From: Octopus sinensis
Taxonomy: Eukaryota
Direction of reading: 5' to 3'
NCBI RefSeq assembly: GCF_006345805.1
Contig: NW_021834580.1
Location: forward strand, 3,478-67,477
Length of the DNA stretch: 64,000 nucleotides
Part shown: piece by piece, positions 52,032 to 64,000 of the stretch
Position numbering within the stretch: position 1 is the stretch's first letter
Layout: the number at the start of each line of letters is the position of its first letter
The notes under the pieces: model-generated
Told to the model about the DNA's origin: nothing
What the model saw: the letters and a program-made list of their open reading frames with translations, nothing else
Databases searched by the model: none
Position numbers and translations under genes: made by a program

Positions 52032-52635
52032 CGTATACAACTACATTTTTACACTGTACATTGCATCGACTTGTATGCCGGAAAATACGGTAAGTGTGTG
52101 GTGGGTAGAGAAATGGTGAAATTAAAGAATTCTAAGTTTTAGCTTCATTAAATAAAGCTATGATGGATTTCTCCAATTTCGTTGCTTTATTTTTAACCCC
52201 CCGAAGTTATTATGTTGTCACATTCATCATTCTGATAATAATTGTTATTTCTTAAACTGCCAAACGAAACATCTGATAACGTGTTTATCTTCCTTTCAAA
52301 TTTCTCTCTCTGTGTTTTTCTGTCTGGCTAGCCAGGCAGTTGTCTATCTGCCTATTTAGCTATCAGTCAATCTGTCTGTGTGTCTATCTATTAATCCACC
52401 TATCTTTCATACTCCAAGTCAAATTTTCTACTTCTCCCCTCTACATCTCTCTCTCTCTCTCTCTCTTCACCCTCTGTTCTCCTCTTATACTTATTCCCCC
52501 GCTCCCTCTCTTCCCCCTTCTCTCTTTCTCTCTACTTCTTTGACTTGCTTACATCTTTTCTTATTCTCTTTTTATTCCTCTCTCTCTTTCTCTCTCCTCC
52601 TTTATCTCTCTCTCTTACTATCTCTCTCTCTCTTA

Positions 52636-52694
<59 letters not shown>

Positions 52695-52872
52695 GCTACC
52701 TAGCTGCCTATCTAATTCACGACTTATTCCCTTTCACTCTTTACATGCCTTTCTCTACTTCTTTCTCCACATCTCTATCGATTGATCGATCATTTTCATA
52801 CACTATATATCTAGCATTTGTTTTCCCCATTTTCTCTCTCTCTTTCTTTCTCTCCTTTTCTCTCTCCTACTC

Positions 52873-52928
<56 letters not shown>

Positions 52929-52979
52929 ATGCACCTCCACCTCCACACACGATTTGTCTGCTTTACTATTTGACATTTT

Positions 52980-53400
52980 GACTGCTGCCTGTTTTGACTA
53001 TTCGCCTGTTTGCCTGGCTGCCTAAATCATTGTCTATGCGTCCGTTCGTCTATTTGCCTTACTACTAACTGACTGCCTATTTGCCCGTTCCTCCATTTTG
53101 CTAGGCTGTTTAAATGATTGTCTATTTATCTGACTGTCTAAATGTTAGTCTATTTACACGTTCGTCTACTTGTCTAGCTGCCTACCTGCCTGAGTATTAT
53201 TTGCCCGTTCGTCTTTTTACCCGACTGCCTAAACGATTGTATATTTACTGGTTCATCTATTTATTTGCCTGACGGCCTAAATGATTGCCTATTTGCACGT
53301 TTCTTTTTTTTTTTTCTTTGCCTGACTGCCAGATTATTTATCCGATCGTTTATCTGCCTGACTATTTAACTGATTGCGTATTTGTTTATTTATAACTATT
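52980..53400. repeat. Degenerate minisatellite (CTGCCTAAATGATTGTCTATTT / CGTTCGTCTATTTGCC units)
   Basis: The motifs recur with variation along the interval. Confidence 0.65.
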
Positions 53401-54255
53401 AAAACCATCGGTGGCTGATCAGTTATATTAAGGTAAACATGAACAGGATTTAGGAGCTGTGATGACCAAGTATTTTTCGAGCTGGCAGAAGCGTTAGCGC
53501 GCCGGGCGAAGTGCTTACCGGTATTTCGTCTGTCGTTACGTTCTGAGTTCAAATTCCGCCGAGGTCGACTTTGCCTTTCATCCTTTCGGGGTCGATAAAT
53601 TAAGTACCAGTTACGCACTGGGGTTTAATGTAATCAACTTAATCCCTTTGTCCTTGTTTGTCCCCTCTATGTTTCGCCCCTTGTGGGCAATAAAGAAATA
53701 TATTTCTCTGACATGACTTCAATATAGAATCGATAAAGGATCTGTTTCTTTATTACCCACAAGGGGCTAAACATAGAGGGGACAAACAAGGACAGACAAA
53801 CGGATTAAATCGATTACATCGACACCAGTGCGTAACTGGTACTTAATTTATCGACCCCGAAAGGATGAAAGGCAAAGTCGACCTCAGCGGAATTTGAACC
53901 CAGAACGTAACGGCAGACGAAATACGGCTACGCATTTCGCCCGGCGTGCTAACGTTTCTGCCAGCTCGCCGCATCGATAGAGGATATGTTTCTTTATTAC
54001 CCACAAGGGGCTAAACATAGAGTGGACAAACAAGGACAGACAAACGGATGAAATCGATTACATCGACACCAGTGCGTAACTGGTACTTAATTTATCGACC
54101 CCGAAAGGATGAAAGGCAAAGTCGACCTCGGCGGAATTTGAACCCAGAACGTAACGGCAGACGAAATACGGCTACGCATTTCGCCCGGCGTGCTAACGAT
54201 TCTGCCAGCTCGCCGCCATATATGTATCGATAAAGGATCGTTAATTTTGTAACAG

Positions 54256-54319
54256 CTTGATCCATTTTCTTAATCGAGAACCATCCATAGATCCGAAGCC
54301 CAAATCAATTTCCTTAGTG
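54256..54319 (+). CDS. Candidate 64-bp exon
   Basis: Acceptor TTAATTTTGTAACAG, donor GTG|GTAAGT, and a single open frame LIHFLNREPSIDPKPKSISLV. Confidence 0.28.
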
Positions 54320-55409
54320 GTAAGTAGGAGAGCGGTAAACATCCCCCTGGACAAGTCACTGATCCACTGTAGGTAAACTTTCCCGATTAGAAGAACGGAA
54401 ATTTTCGTTAGCAGCCAACGAAACACTCGTCAAAAATACTATGCTGCAACTATTTGCTTTATCTATGCATGCATACAAATATACATACATATATCTAAAA
54501 TAAATACTACATGCATACCTATATTACACCATCCCTCTCTCTGTCTTTCTCTTGCTCCCTTCTCTCTCTCACTTACTCGCTCGCGTGCGCACTCACAAAC
54601 ATACACACACGCCGATTTATATATTTTTAATCTTGTAAAGTCACGAATTCATTATTTTGAAGTGACATTGAATTGAAAGCAAGGTAAAAGTTTTGTGAGA
54701 TAGATGGATGTGCAAACAGACAGACAGATGGGGAGAAACAAACAGATATGCTGAAATACTGAAGTGTGAGAATGTGTGTCAACCTAGACACTAATTAATT
54801 ACATTAATTATTCTAAAAAGTTCTCACTGTGAGAATATAGCTGTCGCTGCTACTAAAATATTTGTGACGTTTTCCACATTTTAGTAGTAAGCTTGGATTT
54901 TAACACTTTTACAGGTTCTGTGTTGAAAACTAGGTCTTTGAATTCTATGGTTCCACATTCAGAGGCTGTAGCAGATGATAATTTTCGTTCTAAGTTTTCG
55001 TTTGGATGTGTTTTCATTGTTTCTTGTTCTGTGTTTTGTTGATTTAATACCAGATTTGAAGAAGATACGGCAAGGTTTCGTGCTAAAGAACTTAGAGTCC
55101 TTTGTAGTCCTTTGTAACTCAAAACAGTTACATTGATTGTCTTTGGAGAAGATATGTGACACCATATTTTAGACTTAGCCTTCGTTTCCACATCGTAGTT
55201 TTACCCCCATGTTTCGTGCTGTCATCAAATCGGAAGTTGGTAATATGTCTTCATTGAATTCAAACGCCTCTAGCTGCTTTTAGCAGACTTCCATCTTTCT
55301 TTCCTTCAAATAGGACGTCAACTGCTGAAGTACCTAGTTTGTACGCTCTTTCTGATACATAAAATCTTTCATCACCTTCTATAAATGCAGGTAGCTCATC
55401 AGTCCGTAC

Positions 55410-55803
55410 ACGTCAATTCATCCACTCGCTGGGGACTCGAGTCAATTGTTACAAGTAATGGTTACCCATTGCAGAGTTTGTATTCAGTGTTGGTTTCTTC
55501 TTGTTTCAAACTTCATCCACCAGCTGGCGTTTTTCTTATCGGTGACGTCATTTCCGTAAACAACTTGTTGCCTTCTGTAGATTTAGGACAGCGTGGACCA
55601 CTAGACCATTCCTTAGTTAAAAACTCAATGACAGCACAATGTTTCTGCCTGGAATCCATAATTTGTCTGCAATGAAGAACAGGAAGTAATTTTAGTATAA
55701 AGGATGGGTTTTTTTTCTCTACAAACATTTGCAAAGTGAAACAGTCCAGTCAGTTCATAAAAATGTACTGTCAACTTTTGATTATTTTCGGTACAACCTT
55801 CGT
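55410..55803 (-). mobile_element. Mariner 5' fragment
   Basis: TIR-like CACGAAGGTTGTACCGAAAA. The translation MDSRQKHCAVIEFL...VVYGNDVTDKKNASWW...QRVDELT resembles a mariner N-terminus. Confidence 0.75.
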
Positions 55804-55804
55804 G

Positions 55805-55868
<64 letters not shown>

Positions 55869-57292
55869 TGAGAGAGTAGTTTGTATGTAGATATCTATGT
55901 TCCAATGCATGAATGTATGTATAGTACTAATATAGATTAATGAATAAACGTATGTTATGTACATATGTATGTATATTGCTAATATGGATTCATATATGAA
56001 TGTATGCTATGTATGTATACATGTATGTATGTATACATGTATGTATGTATACATGTATGTATTATACATGTATGTATGTATACTGTATTATGTGCTGTAT
56101 GTATGTCTGTATGTATGTATGTATGTTGGTACTGTATGATGTATGTATGTATGTATGTAGTATGTATGATATGTATGTATTATATATGTATGTATGTACG
56201 TCATGTATGTATGTATTGCATTTATGTATGGATGTATACATGTATGTATGTATGTATGTAGTATGTAACATGTATGATGGATGTATGTATGTATGTATGA
56301 TGTATGTTTAGGATGCATTTATGTATGTATGTATCTATGTATGTATGTACGTAGTATGTATGTATGCATTTATGTATGTATGTATGTATGTATGTATGTG
56401 TGTATCTGTATGTATGTATACATGTATGTATGTTGTATGTATGTATGTATGTATGTAGGTATGTATGCATTTATGTATGTATGTATGTATGTATGTATGT
56501 ATGTACGTATGTATGTAGTATGCATTTATGTATGTATGTATAATGTATGTATGTATTGTACGTATGTATGTATGTATTGCGTTATACGTTTATCTCTTTT
56601 TAACACATGTATACAAGTGGTGAACATTTATGTATATCATAGCATTATAGTGTTAATGTATGTATTAATATAGTATATAATTAGCATATGTATGTATGCA
56701 TGAGTATTATATGATGTTTTAGTATATATACATGTATGTATGTATTGGTGGAGTGATGATGTAGGAAATGTATGTAGAAAGTATACTTTATGTTTGTAGG
56801 TATATGTGTGTATGATATTTTTTGTGTATAGAACATTTGCACAAATTGATGTGGTGAAAATCAAATTAAGTCATAGCATTATTTAAATCTGAACTTAAAA
56901 CAACGACAAAAGGATACAAAAGAACAATTCTGTTTAGAATATATCCATATATATGGTCGCGACTTTGAATGTGGCGCTATGTATGTTTGGTTTATAAGTT
57001 GTATGGTGTTGCATTGGTGGATGGTAAGGTCGGAGGCCATTTTCATTGTCAGGTCTGCTGCAATGAAAACTGTTTATGATCTATTCACGTTTTCTTCAAG
57101 ATGGGCCTTAACGTGACACGACCAGTTCTCAAAATTCTAAACATTGATTTGCTTGTTTTATCATTTGCTAATAGCGTGAGGAATTGAGAAAACACACACA
57201 CGATTTATTATTTATATATATACTATATATCGTATACTATATATATATATATATATATATATACATACACATACATACACGCACACACACAT

Positions 57293-57323
<31 letters not shown>

Positions 57324-58323
57324 CGTATATATGTAATCACTTATATATAGGCGTAGGAGTGGCTGTGTGGTAAGTAGTTTGCTTACGAACCACATGGTTC
57401 CGGGTTCAGTCCCACTGCGTGACACCTTGGGCAAGTGTCTTCTATTATGGCCTTGGGCCGACCAAAGCCTTGTGAGTGGATTTGGTAGACGGAAACTGAA
57501 AGAAGCCTGTCGTATATATGTGTATATATATATATATATAGTGTGGTGTGTGTATATGTTGTGTTGTCTGGGTTTGTCCCCAACATCGCTTGACAACCGA
57601 TGCTGGTGTGCTCACGTCCCGTAACTTAGCGGTTCGGCAAAGAGACCGTTAGATAGAATAAGTCTAGGCTTACAAAGAATAAGACTGGGGTCGATTTGCT
57701 CGACTAAAAGGTGGTGTCTCCAGCATGGCACAGTCAAAGACTGAAACAAGTAAAAAGAGTAAAAGAGCATATGTGTGTGTGTGTGTGTGTGTGTGTAAAT
57801 ATACATATATATATATTCTTTTATTCTTTTATACGTTTCAGCCCTAAGGTTGTGACCATGCTGGGGCACATGAATAGAAATGACTTTTCTGATAATTTTG
57901 ACGCTTTAATAATTAGATGTATACATTTCCAAATGTATAATACTGCACCGCGGACATTCTATTTCTAATTCTACTATATATATATATATATATATATAAG
58001 GGTAAAGGCCTCCTTCGGTCTTGAATGACCATGGGATTGAACCTAGAAAGTTCCGCTCCGAGGTACAAACCGGGGAAAGATTGTTTATGGAAGATCACAG
58101 TCGCCCATGAATACCAGCCTCACCACTCCACACCACTGATGTCGTCCAAGGGAAAGACAAAGGCTGATACATCTTGGCACCAATGACGTCGCAACGCATT
58201 TCTACGGCTGAGTGAACTGGACCAACATGAAATAACGTGTCTTGCTCAAGAACACAGCACTTGGTTCGAGAATCGAACTCACTACCTCATGGTTGTGAGC
58301 CCGATGCGCACCTTCATCTATCT

Positions 58324-58472
<149 letters not shown>

Positions 58473-58473
58473 T

Positions 58474-58542
<69 letters not shown>

Positions 58543-59452
58543 AACTTACTTGGAAATGGATGCGTGCCGTTCGATCATATAATAATATATATAATATATA
58601 TATATATATATGCATATATACATACATACATGTACATACCTGCATATATATGTATATACACATGCATATATGGGTACAGGACGTCAAAAAGACGTGAACA
58701 ACATGAAAAACGAGAACATGAAAATACAAAAACATGGAAAACGAACTTTTTTTGAACAGTGAAAGAAACAAATACAGAAACGAGATAAGTAACATAAAGA
58801 ACAGTCCCTTCATCTGTTGCTCCCAGTCTTATCTACTCCGCGTTTCGACGTTCGAAATGCGGAGTGTGTGTGTGTGTGTGTGTCTGTGTGTGTGGTGTGT
58901 GTGGTTGTGTGGTGTGGTCTGTCTGTCTGTGTTGTGTGTGGTGGTCTGTTGTGTGTCTTGTGTGGTGTGGTGTGTCTGTGTGTGGTGTGTGTGTTGTAAG
59001 TGAGTGAGGGTGTGTGTGGGTGTGGTAAGTGAGTGAGTGTGTGTGTGTCTGTGTCTGTGTCTGTGTCTGTGTGTGTCTGTGTGTGTCTGTGTGTGTCTCT
59101 GTGTGTGTGTGTGTAAGTGAGTGAGTGAGTGTGTGTGTGTGCGTGTGTATGCGTTTGTGTCTGTGCTTGTTCTCGCATCACCGCTTGAAAATCGGTGTTG
59201 GTGTGTTTACGTTACCGTGAATTAGCGGTTCGAGAAAAAGAGACCGATACAGTAAGTACCAGGCTTTAAAAAAAATAAGCCCCTGGAGTCGACTTGTTTG
59301 ACTAAAACCCTTCAATGTGGTGCTCCAGCATGACCGCAGTCAAATGGCTGAAACAAGTAAATGAATAAAAGAATACGCAAACAAACACACACACACACAC
59401 ACATTGTTATACTTGGGGGTGGTAATATTTTGCCAATTAAATACATGCACTA

Positions 59453-60296
59453 CGAGCTCTGATCAATAAGTATACAGACTGTTGCCATGGTAACGAAGCT
59501 AGAGCCCGTAGAGTAAAGCCGCTTGGCAAAGATTGACCTTGAACATTGCTGTGCATGCGCACTAAGTTTTAACGTTCTAGCTCATTTCCTCTGTTTACAG
59601 CAGTGCTTGGAAGGAAGGTGGGTAGCGTGTGATATCGCATTGACCATAATAGAGAAAGTTGTCATGGTGATACCTGCTCAGAAGCCTACGCAAAGTTGCA
59701 GAAAGGGTATGAGCTGCACACAGGTGTACAAATGGTTCAGTTGTTTCCAAGACGGCCGAAAACATGTCGTTATTGACGATCTTTCTGGGAGACCCACAGC
59801 CAGCAGAACTGAGAAAACATCGCAGATGTGCGCGCAGCTGTAAGGGAAAATCGCCGAATTACCATCCGTAAGTTATCAGAGGTTGTGCAGAATAGTTACA
59901 ATTCAGTTCAGTCCGTTATCAGTGAAGATTTGGATATGAGACGCATGTCCGCCAAGTTTGCGCCAAAACTGCTTTCATCTGACCAAAAAGACATTCGGGT
60001 TTTAGTTGGCCAAGATCTAGATTGTGTCCAGCACGATGAAAGCCTTTTGAAAATTTTGCGCAGGCTTGTGAGTAGGTATCCCCAAGCTTTTGGCAAAATT
60101 TGATGCAGATTCTCTGTTCAACTTCCTCCGTCATGGTCAATGCGAAGATCACACGCTACACATCTTCCTTCCAAGCACTACTGTAAACAGCGGTCTGAGC
60201 TAGAACATTCAAGGCCAATCTGTGTCAAGTGGCTTTACTCTGCATGCTTTAGCTTCGTTACAATGGCAACAGGCCGGATACTTATCAGAACACTTA
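59453..60296. mobile_element. Mariner derivative built from two opposed 5' ends (fold-back)
   Basis: The plus strand gives QVYKWF..F.DGR..SGRP, ENRRITIR, DLDMRRMSAKFAPKLL. The minus strand from 60296 gives a second 5' end (EQRICIKFCQKLG). The two ends are inverted copies (ATAAGTATACAGACTGTTGCCAT / ATGGCAACAGGCCGGATACTTAT). Confidence 0.8.
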
Positions 60297-60522
60297 CATG
60301 TTTGGTCTTCACTTCAGCCTTATTATTGTTGTTGATGTTGGTGTTGTTGTTGCTTCTTTGACAAAGCTCTTTCGTCCACACAGTCTATGACCACTTCTGC
60401 GTTTCATCCCACGTGTCTCCACTCGTTTTGCCTTAGTCCATAATGGACACAAGAGGAGACACGTGGGATAAAGTGTCGTTGAAGGTCACAGGATGTACAA
60501 GAGCTTAGACAAAGGACATTAA

Positions 60523-60590
<68 letters not shown>

Positions 60591-60629
60591 TGATGATGAT
60601 GATGAAGATAATGATAATAATAATAATAA

Positions 60630-61283
60630 TTGATGCAGTACCAGGCAGTGGCTCTCATGGCTTCTGATCTTAACTGATTGGAAGTGTTATCATGTACATT
60701 GTTTTGTCTTGCTATAAAAGATGGGCTACAGCAAATATTCTGCTCAATACCACAGATTTGCTTGTCAGTTGTTTGACCTTAACCAGTTGAGCATGTCCCT
60801 TAGTGGCTGACGATATGTGCATCTCTGATCACGAGTAGAAGTAGTGGGGGGGGGGGCATCATAGCCATGTGTTGAGAGGGATTCTTTGGGGTTTGAATAA
60901 TTCACCTCTGGAAACATGGGTAGTTCTTTCAACATCCTTAAACAACCCTTATTTAGGGACCTTTTGAGCGGGATGGGCTACTCGACCTGAAGAAAATTCT
61001 AACTGGGCCCCGCCTGTTTACCTTGATATGAGATCACTATGTCGCGCACATATGGTTGTGATGCATGTGCCTGGTGTACCCTTATCAGACGGGTAGTCAT
61101 GATGGGTATATTGGGCTTCGTATATTTTACTCCAGTGTCACTTTGATGGCATGATCTGCTCTCTCACTCAATAATAATAATAATAATGCCCTGATGCAAT
61201 ATCAGGCACTGGCTCTCGTGGCTGCTGATCTTAACTGATTGGAAGTGTTATCATGTACATTGTTTTGTCTTGGTATAAAAGAT
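60630..61283 (+). mobile_element. ~550-bp interspersed repeat (family F) bounded by (AAT)n, followed by a partial second unit; reverse copy at 6085-6630
   Basis: Long co-linear match between 6085-6630 (-) and 60630-61175 (+). 61188-61283 repeats the first ~95 bp. There is no tRNA-like head. Confidence 0.8.
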
Positions 61284-61868
61284 GAGTGCGCATATGTGTA
61301 TGTGTGTAAATAAGTTTATGTTTGCGTTTTTCCTCCACCAATGCATGACATCTGCTGTTGGTTTGTCTGCCTTCCATAACTTAGCGATTCGGCAAAGGAA
61401 CGATATAGGATAAGTACCAGGCTTAAAAATAAATACTGGAATCAATTTGTTCGACTAAAATCTCTAAGGTATTGCCCCAGCCTGGCCACAGTCAAATGAG
61501 TGACACAAGTAAAAGATAACCAATAAAAGATATTTATATACACACCTACGCGCGCGTGCACACACACACACACACATACATACATATATATATATATATG
61601 TAAGGCGGCGAGCTGGCAGAAACTTTAGCACGCCGGGCGAAATGCTTAGCACTATTTCGTCTGCCGCTACGTTCTGAGTTCAAATTCCGTCGAGGTCGAC
61701 TTTGCCTTTCGTCCTTTCGGAGTCGAAAAAATAAAGTACCAGTTACGTACTGTGGAAGAGCGTAGGCTCGAAACGTTAAAGACTTTTTCACTTCCCGAGC
61801 GTTAAACTAATACATCTGTCGTCTACACGCCTGTCTTCGTGTTTTGTTTTCTTTTGAATTCTCCCATA

Positions 61869-61956
<88 letters not shown>

Positions 61957-62120
61957 GCTGAATTTATTGAAAAACAAAAACGAAGATAGGTGTGTGAACA
62001 ACAGCAAGTGTATTAGTTGACGCTCAGGAAATGAAACATCTTTTACGTTTCGAGCCTACGCTCTTTAAGAGAAAGGAATAAGAGAAAATAAACAGAGAGA
62101 ATGAAAAAAAAATGTATATA

Positions 62121-62168
<48 letters not shown>

Positions 62169-62465
62169 TATATATATATAATATATAATTGTATTTAGGG
62201 ATTCTAATGGAATGAGAGGTAACCAAAATCAAAATAAGGTACTCAATACATCGAGACAAGGGTTTATTAATTTGGTTAATGAAAAGCGATCATTACATGG
62301 CTAGCACGCGATGAGTTCCCCCAGAATGGCAACAATGCTAATCCTTAGACACTACGGTTTCGGTGTAATTGTGTCTCGTCAGTGATTGATACTATCCAAT
62401 CATTTAGAGAGAGCAATGATCTTCTGCTCCTACGTAGAAATATACATCTGTGCTTGTGTGTGTGT

Positions 62466-62513
<48 letters not shown>

Positions 62514-62642
62514 CTACGTGTGCGTGCGTTTAACTTTGATTTCGGATCAGTCTTACTTAGTAACACCCACTGGAGGTTGTAAGGTATACTTAGGAACACC
62601 AAAGCAAACACGAATAAAGAATTTGTGGTAGATCGATCGATC

Positions 62643-62680
<38 letters not shown>

Positions 62681-62739
62681 AGGCGCCCATTTGTATCGCT
62701 ATTTATTGCATGGACATATAAGACTCTCTGTGTGCGTGC

Positions 62740-62795
<56 letters not shown>

Positions 62796-62943
62796 ATTAT
62801 ATATATATATAATTCCATAAATGAGGGCAAAGGAAAAAAATTCTAATGCCAAATATGCCGAAAAATTGGACATATTGTCCATTAACCATATAATTTTTCA
62901 CAATACGCACGCTACTCGAAAAAAGGTCGACAGAAATTCCATT

Positions 62944-63010
62944 ATTACCATATCGGACAGACGATTTCAGAGTTAGCTACTAAGAACCCTCTCTTCGTCA
63001 GTGATACATG
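62944..63010 (-). ncRNA. Type I hammerhead ribozyme motif, copy A (best-paired stem III)
   Basis: Minus strand reads CATGTATCA-CTGACGA-AGAG[AGGGTTC TTAG TAG CTAA]CTCT-GAAA-TCG TCTGTC CG-ATA-TGGTAAT. This gives a CUGANGA/GAAA core, stem II AGAG/CTCT, stem III ATCG/CGAT, an AUA cleavage triplet and stem I TATCA/TGGTA. Confidence 0.8.
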
Positions 63011-63040
63011 TGGCAAAAGAAATAAATTATTCTTTTGTCA

Positions 63041-63105
63041 CATGTATCACTGACGAAGAGAGGGCTCTTAGTAGCTAACTCTGAAATCGGTCTGATATGG
63101 TAATG
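63041..63105 (+). ncRNA. Type I hammerhead ribozyme motif, copy B
   Basis: CTGACGA at 63050-63056 and GAAA at 63083-63086. Stem III is ATCG/TGAT (one wobble), AUA is at 63095-63097, and stem I is CAT(G)TATCA/TGGTAATG. Confidence 0.75.
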
Positions 63106-63552
63106 ATGGAATTTTTTAGAAATTTTTCGAGTAGCGTGCGTATTGTGAAAAAATTATATGGTTAATGGACAATATGTCCAATTTTTCGGTATATTTGGCA
63201 TTACAATTTTTTTCCTTTGCCTTCATTTATGAATTGTTTATAAATTTAACCGTTACAGGTATTTTTTAATATGCTCGCCATTGATAAAAGTTTTTGGAGA
63301 AAATTTTTTTTTATTTCGAGAAAAAAAAATTTTTTTCGAAAAGAATTTTATCCTCACATTTGAAATAAATTTAAGCGTTCACTTCCGAACTAACTAACTC
63401 ACTCTGTGAGAGCCTCAGTTCAAATCGCACTTGCCTCGAATGGGCTGGAGTATTTCTTTTTTGGATGTATTTGGGGTACTTAGTTGTGCCCATGACTTAG
63501 TGTTTGCTTCTTCCATGGGTATGAGTAAGTATCTCATTTATTTCTTTTGCCA

Positions 63553-63617
63553 CATGTATCACTGACGAAGAGAGGGTTCTTAGTAACTAACTCTGAAATC
63601 GGTCCAATATGGTAATG
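63553..63617 (+). ncRNA. Type I hammerhead ribozyme motif, copy C (one stem III mismatch)
   Basis: CTGACGA at 63562-63568, GAAA at 63595-63598 and AUA at 63607-63609. Stem I is as in copy B. Stem III ATCG/CAAT has a C-A mismatch. Confidence 0.7.
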
Positions 63618-64000
63618 ATGGAATTTTTTAGAAATTTCTGTCGACCTTTTTTCGAGTAGCGTGCGTATTGTGAAAAATTATATGGTTAATGGACAATATG
63701 TCCAATTTTTCGGCATATTTGGGATTAGAAAATTTTTCCTTTGCTCTCATTTATGAATTGTTTATAAATTTAACCGTTAAAGGTATTTTTTAATATGCTG
63801 GCCATTGATAAAATTTTTTGGGAGAAAATATTTTTTTTTCGAAAAGAATTTTATCCTCACATTTGATATATATATATATATAAACAAGTAGCTTGTTTAC
63901 CAACCACATGGTTCCGGGTTCAGTCCCACTTGCGTTGCACCTTGGGCAAGTGTCTTTTACTATACCCTCGGGCCGACCAAAGCCTTGTGAATGGATTTGG

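Larger units (their letters stand above)
62811..63866 (+). mobile_element. Non-coding Penelope-like / retrozyme-like element: inverted pLTR + pLTR + ~180-bp spacer + pLTR, inserted in (TA)n
   Basis: 62811-63021 is the reverse complement of 63030-63236. 63030-63362 and 63543-63866 are ~330-bp direct repeats. Each repeat copy has a hammerhead core. (TA)n lies on both flanks and there is no ORF. Confidence 0.8.

Overview
AT-rich, repeat-saturated eukaryotic DNA, most likely from an octopus. That is inferred from tRNA-derived SINE families resembling the described octopus OK/OR families; no database was searched. No intact host gene is recognisable, only three short candidate exons. Contents: dozens of SINE copies from at least 5 families and many microsatellites; a near full-length CR1-type LINE (12.7-17.3 kb) plus a second fragment; decayed CRE-, HERO- and R4/Dong-like restriction-endonuclease LINEs; a Tigger/pogo transposon, three mariner remnants, a hAT fragment, MITEs and a non-autonomous Helitron. 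The most notable object is a ~1.05-kb non-coding element at 62811-63866 with three type I hammerhead ribozyme motifs. One copy is inverted and two lie in ~330-bp direct repeats 512 nt apart, giving a Penelope pseudo-LTR / retrozyme-like layout. Several smaller repeats also carry minimal or variant hammerhead cores. Coordinates were read by eye and boundaries are approximate unless a TSD or TIR is quoted.
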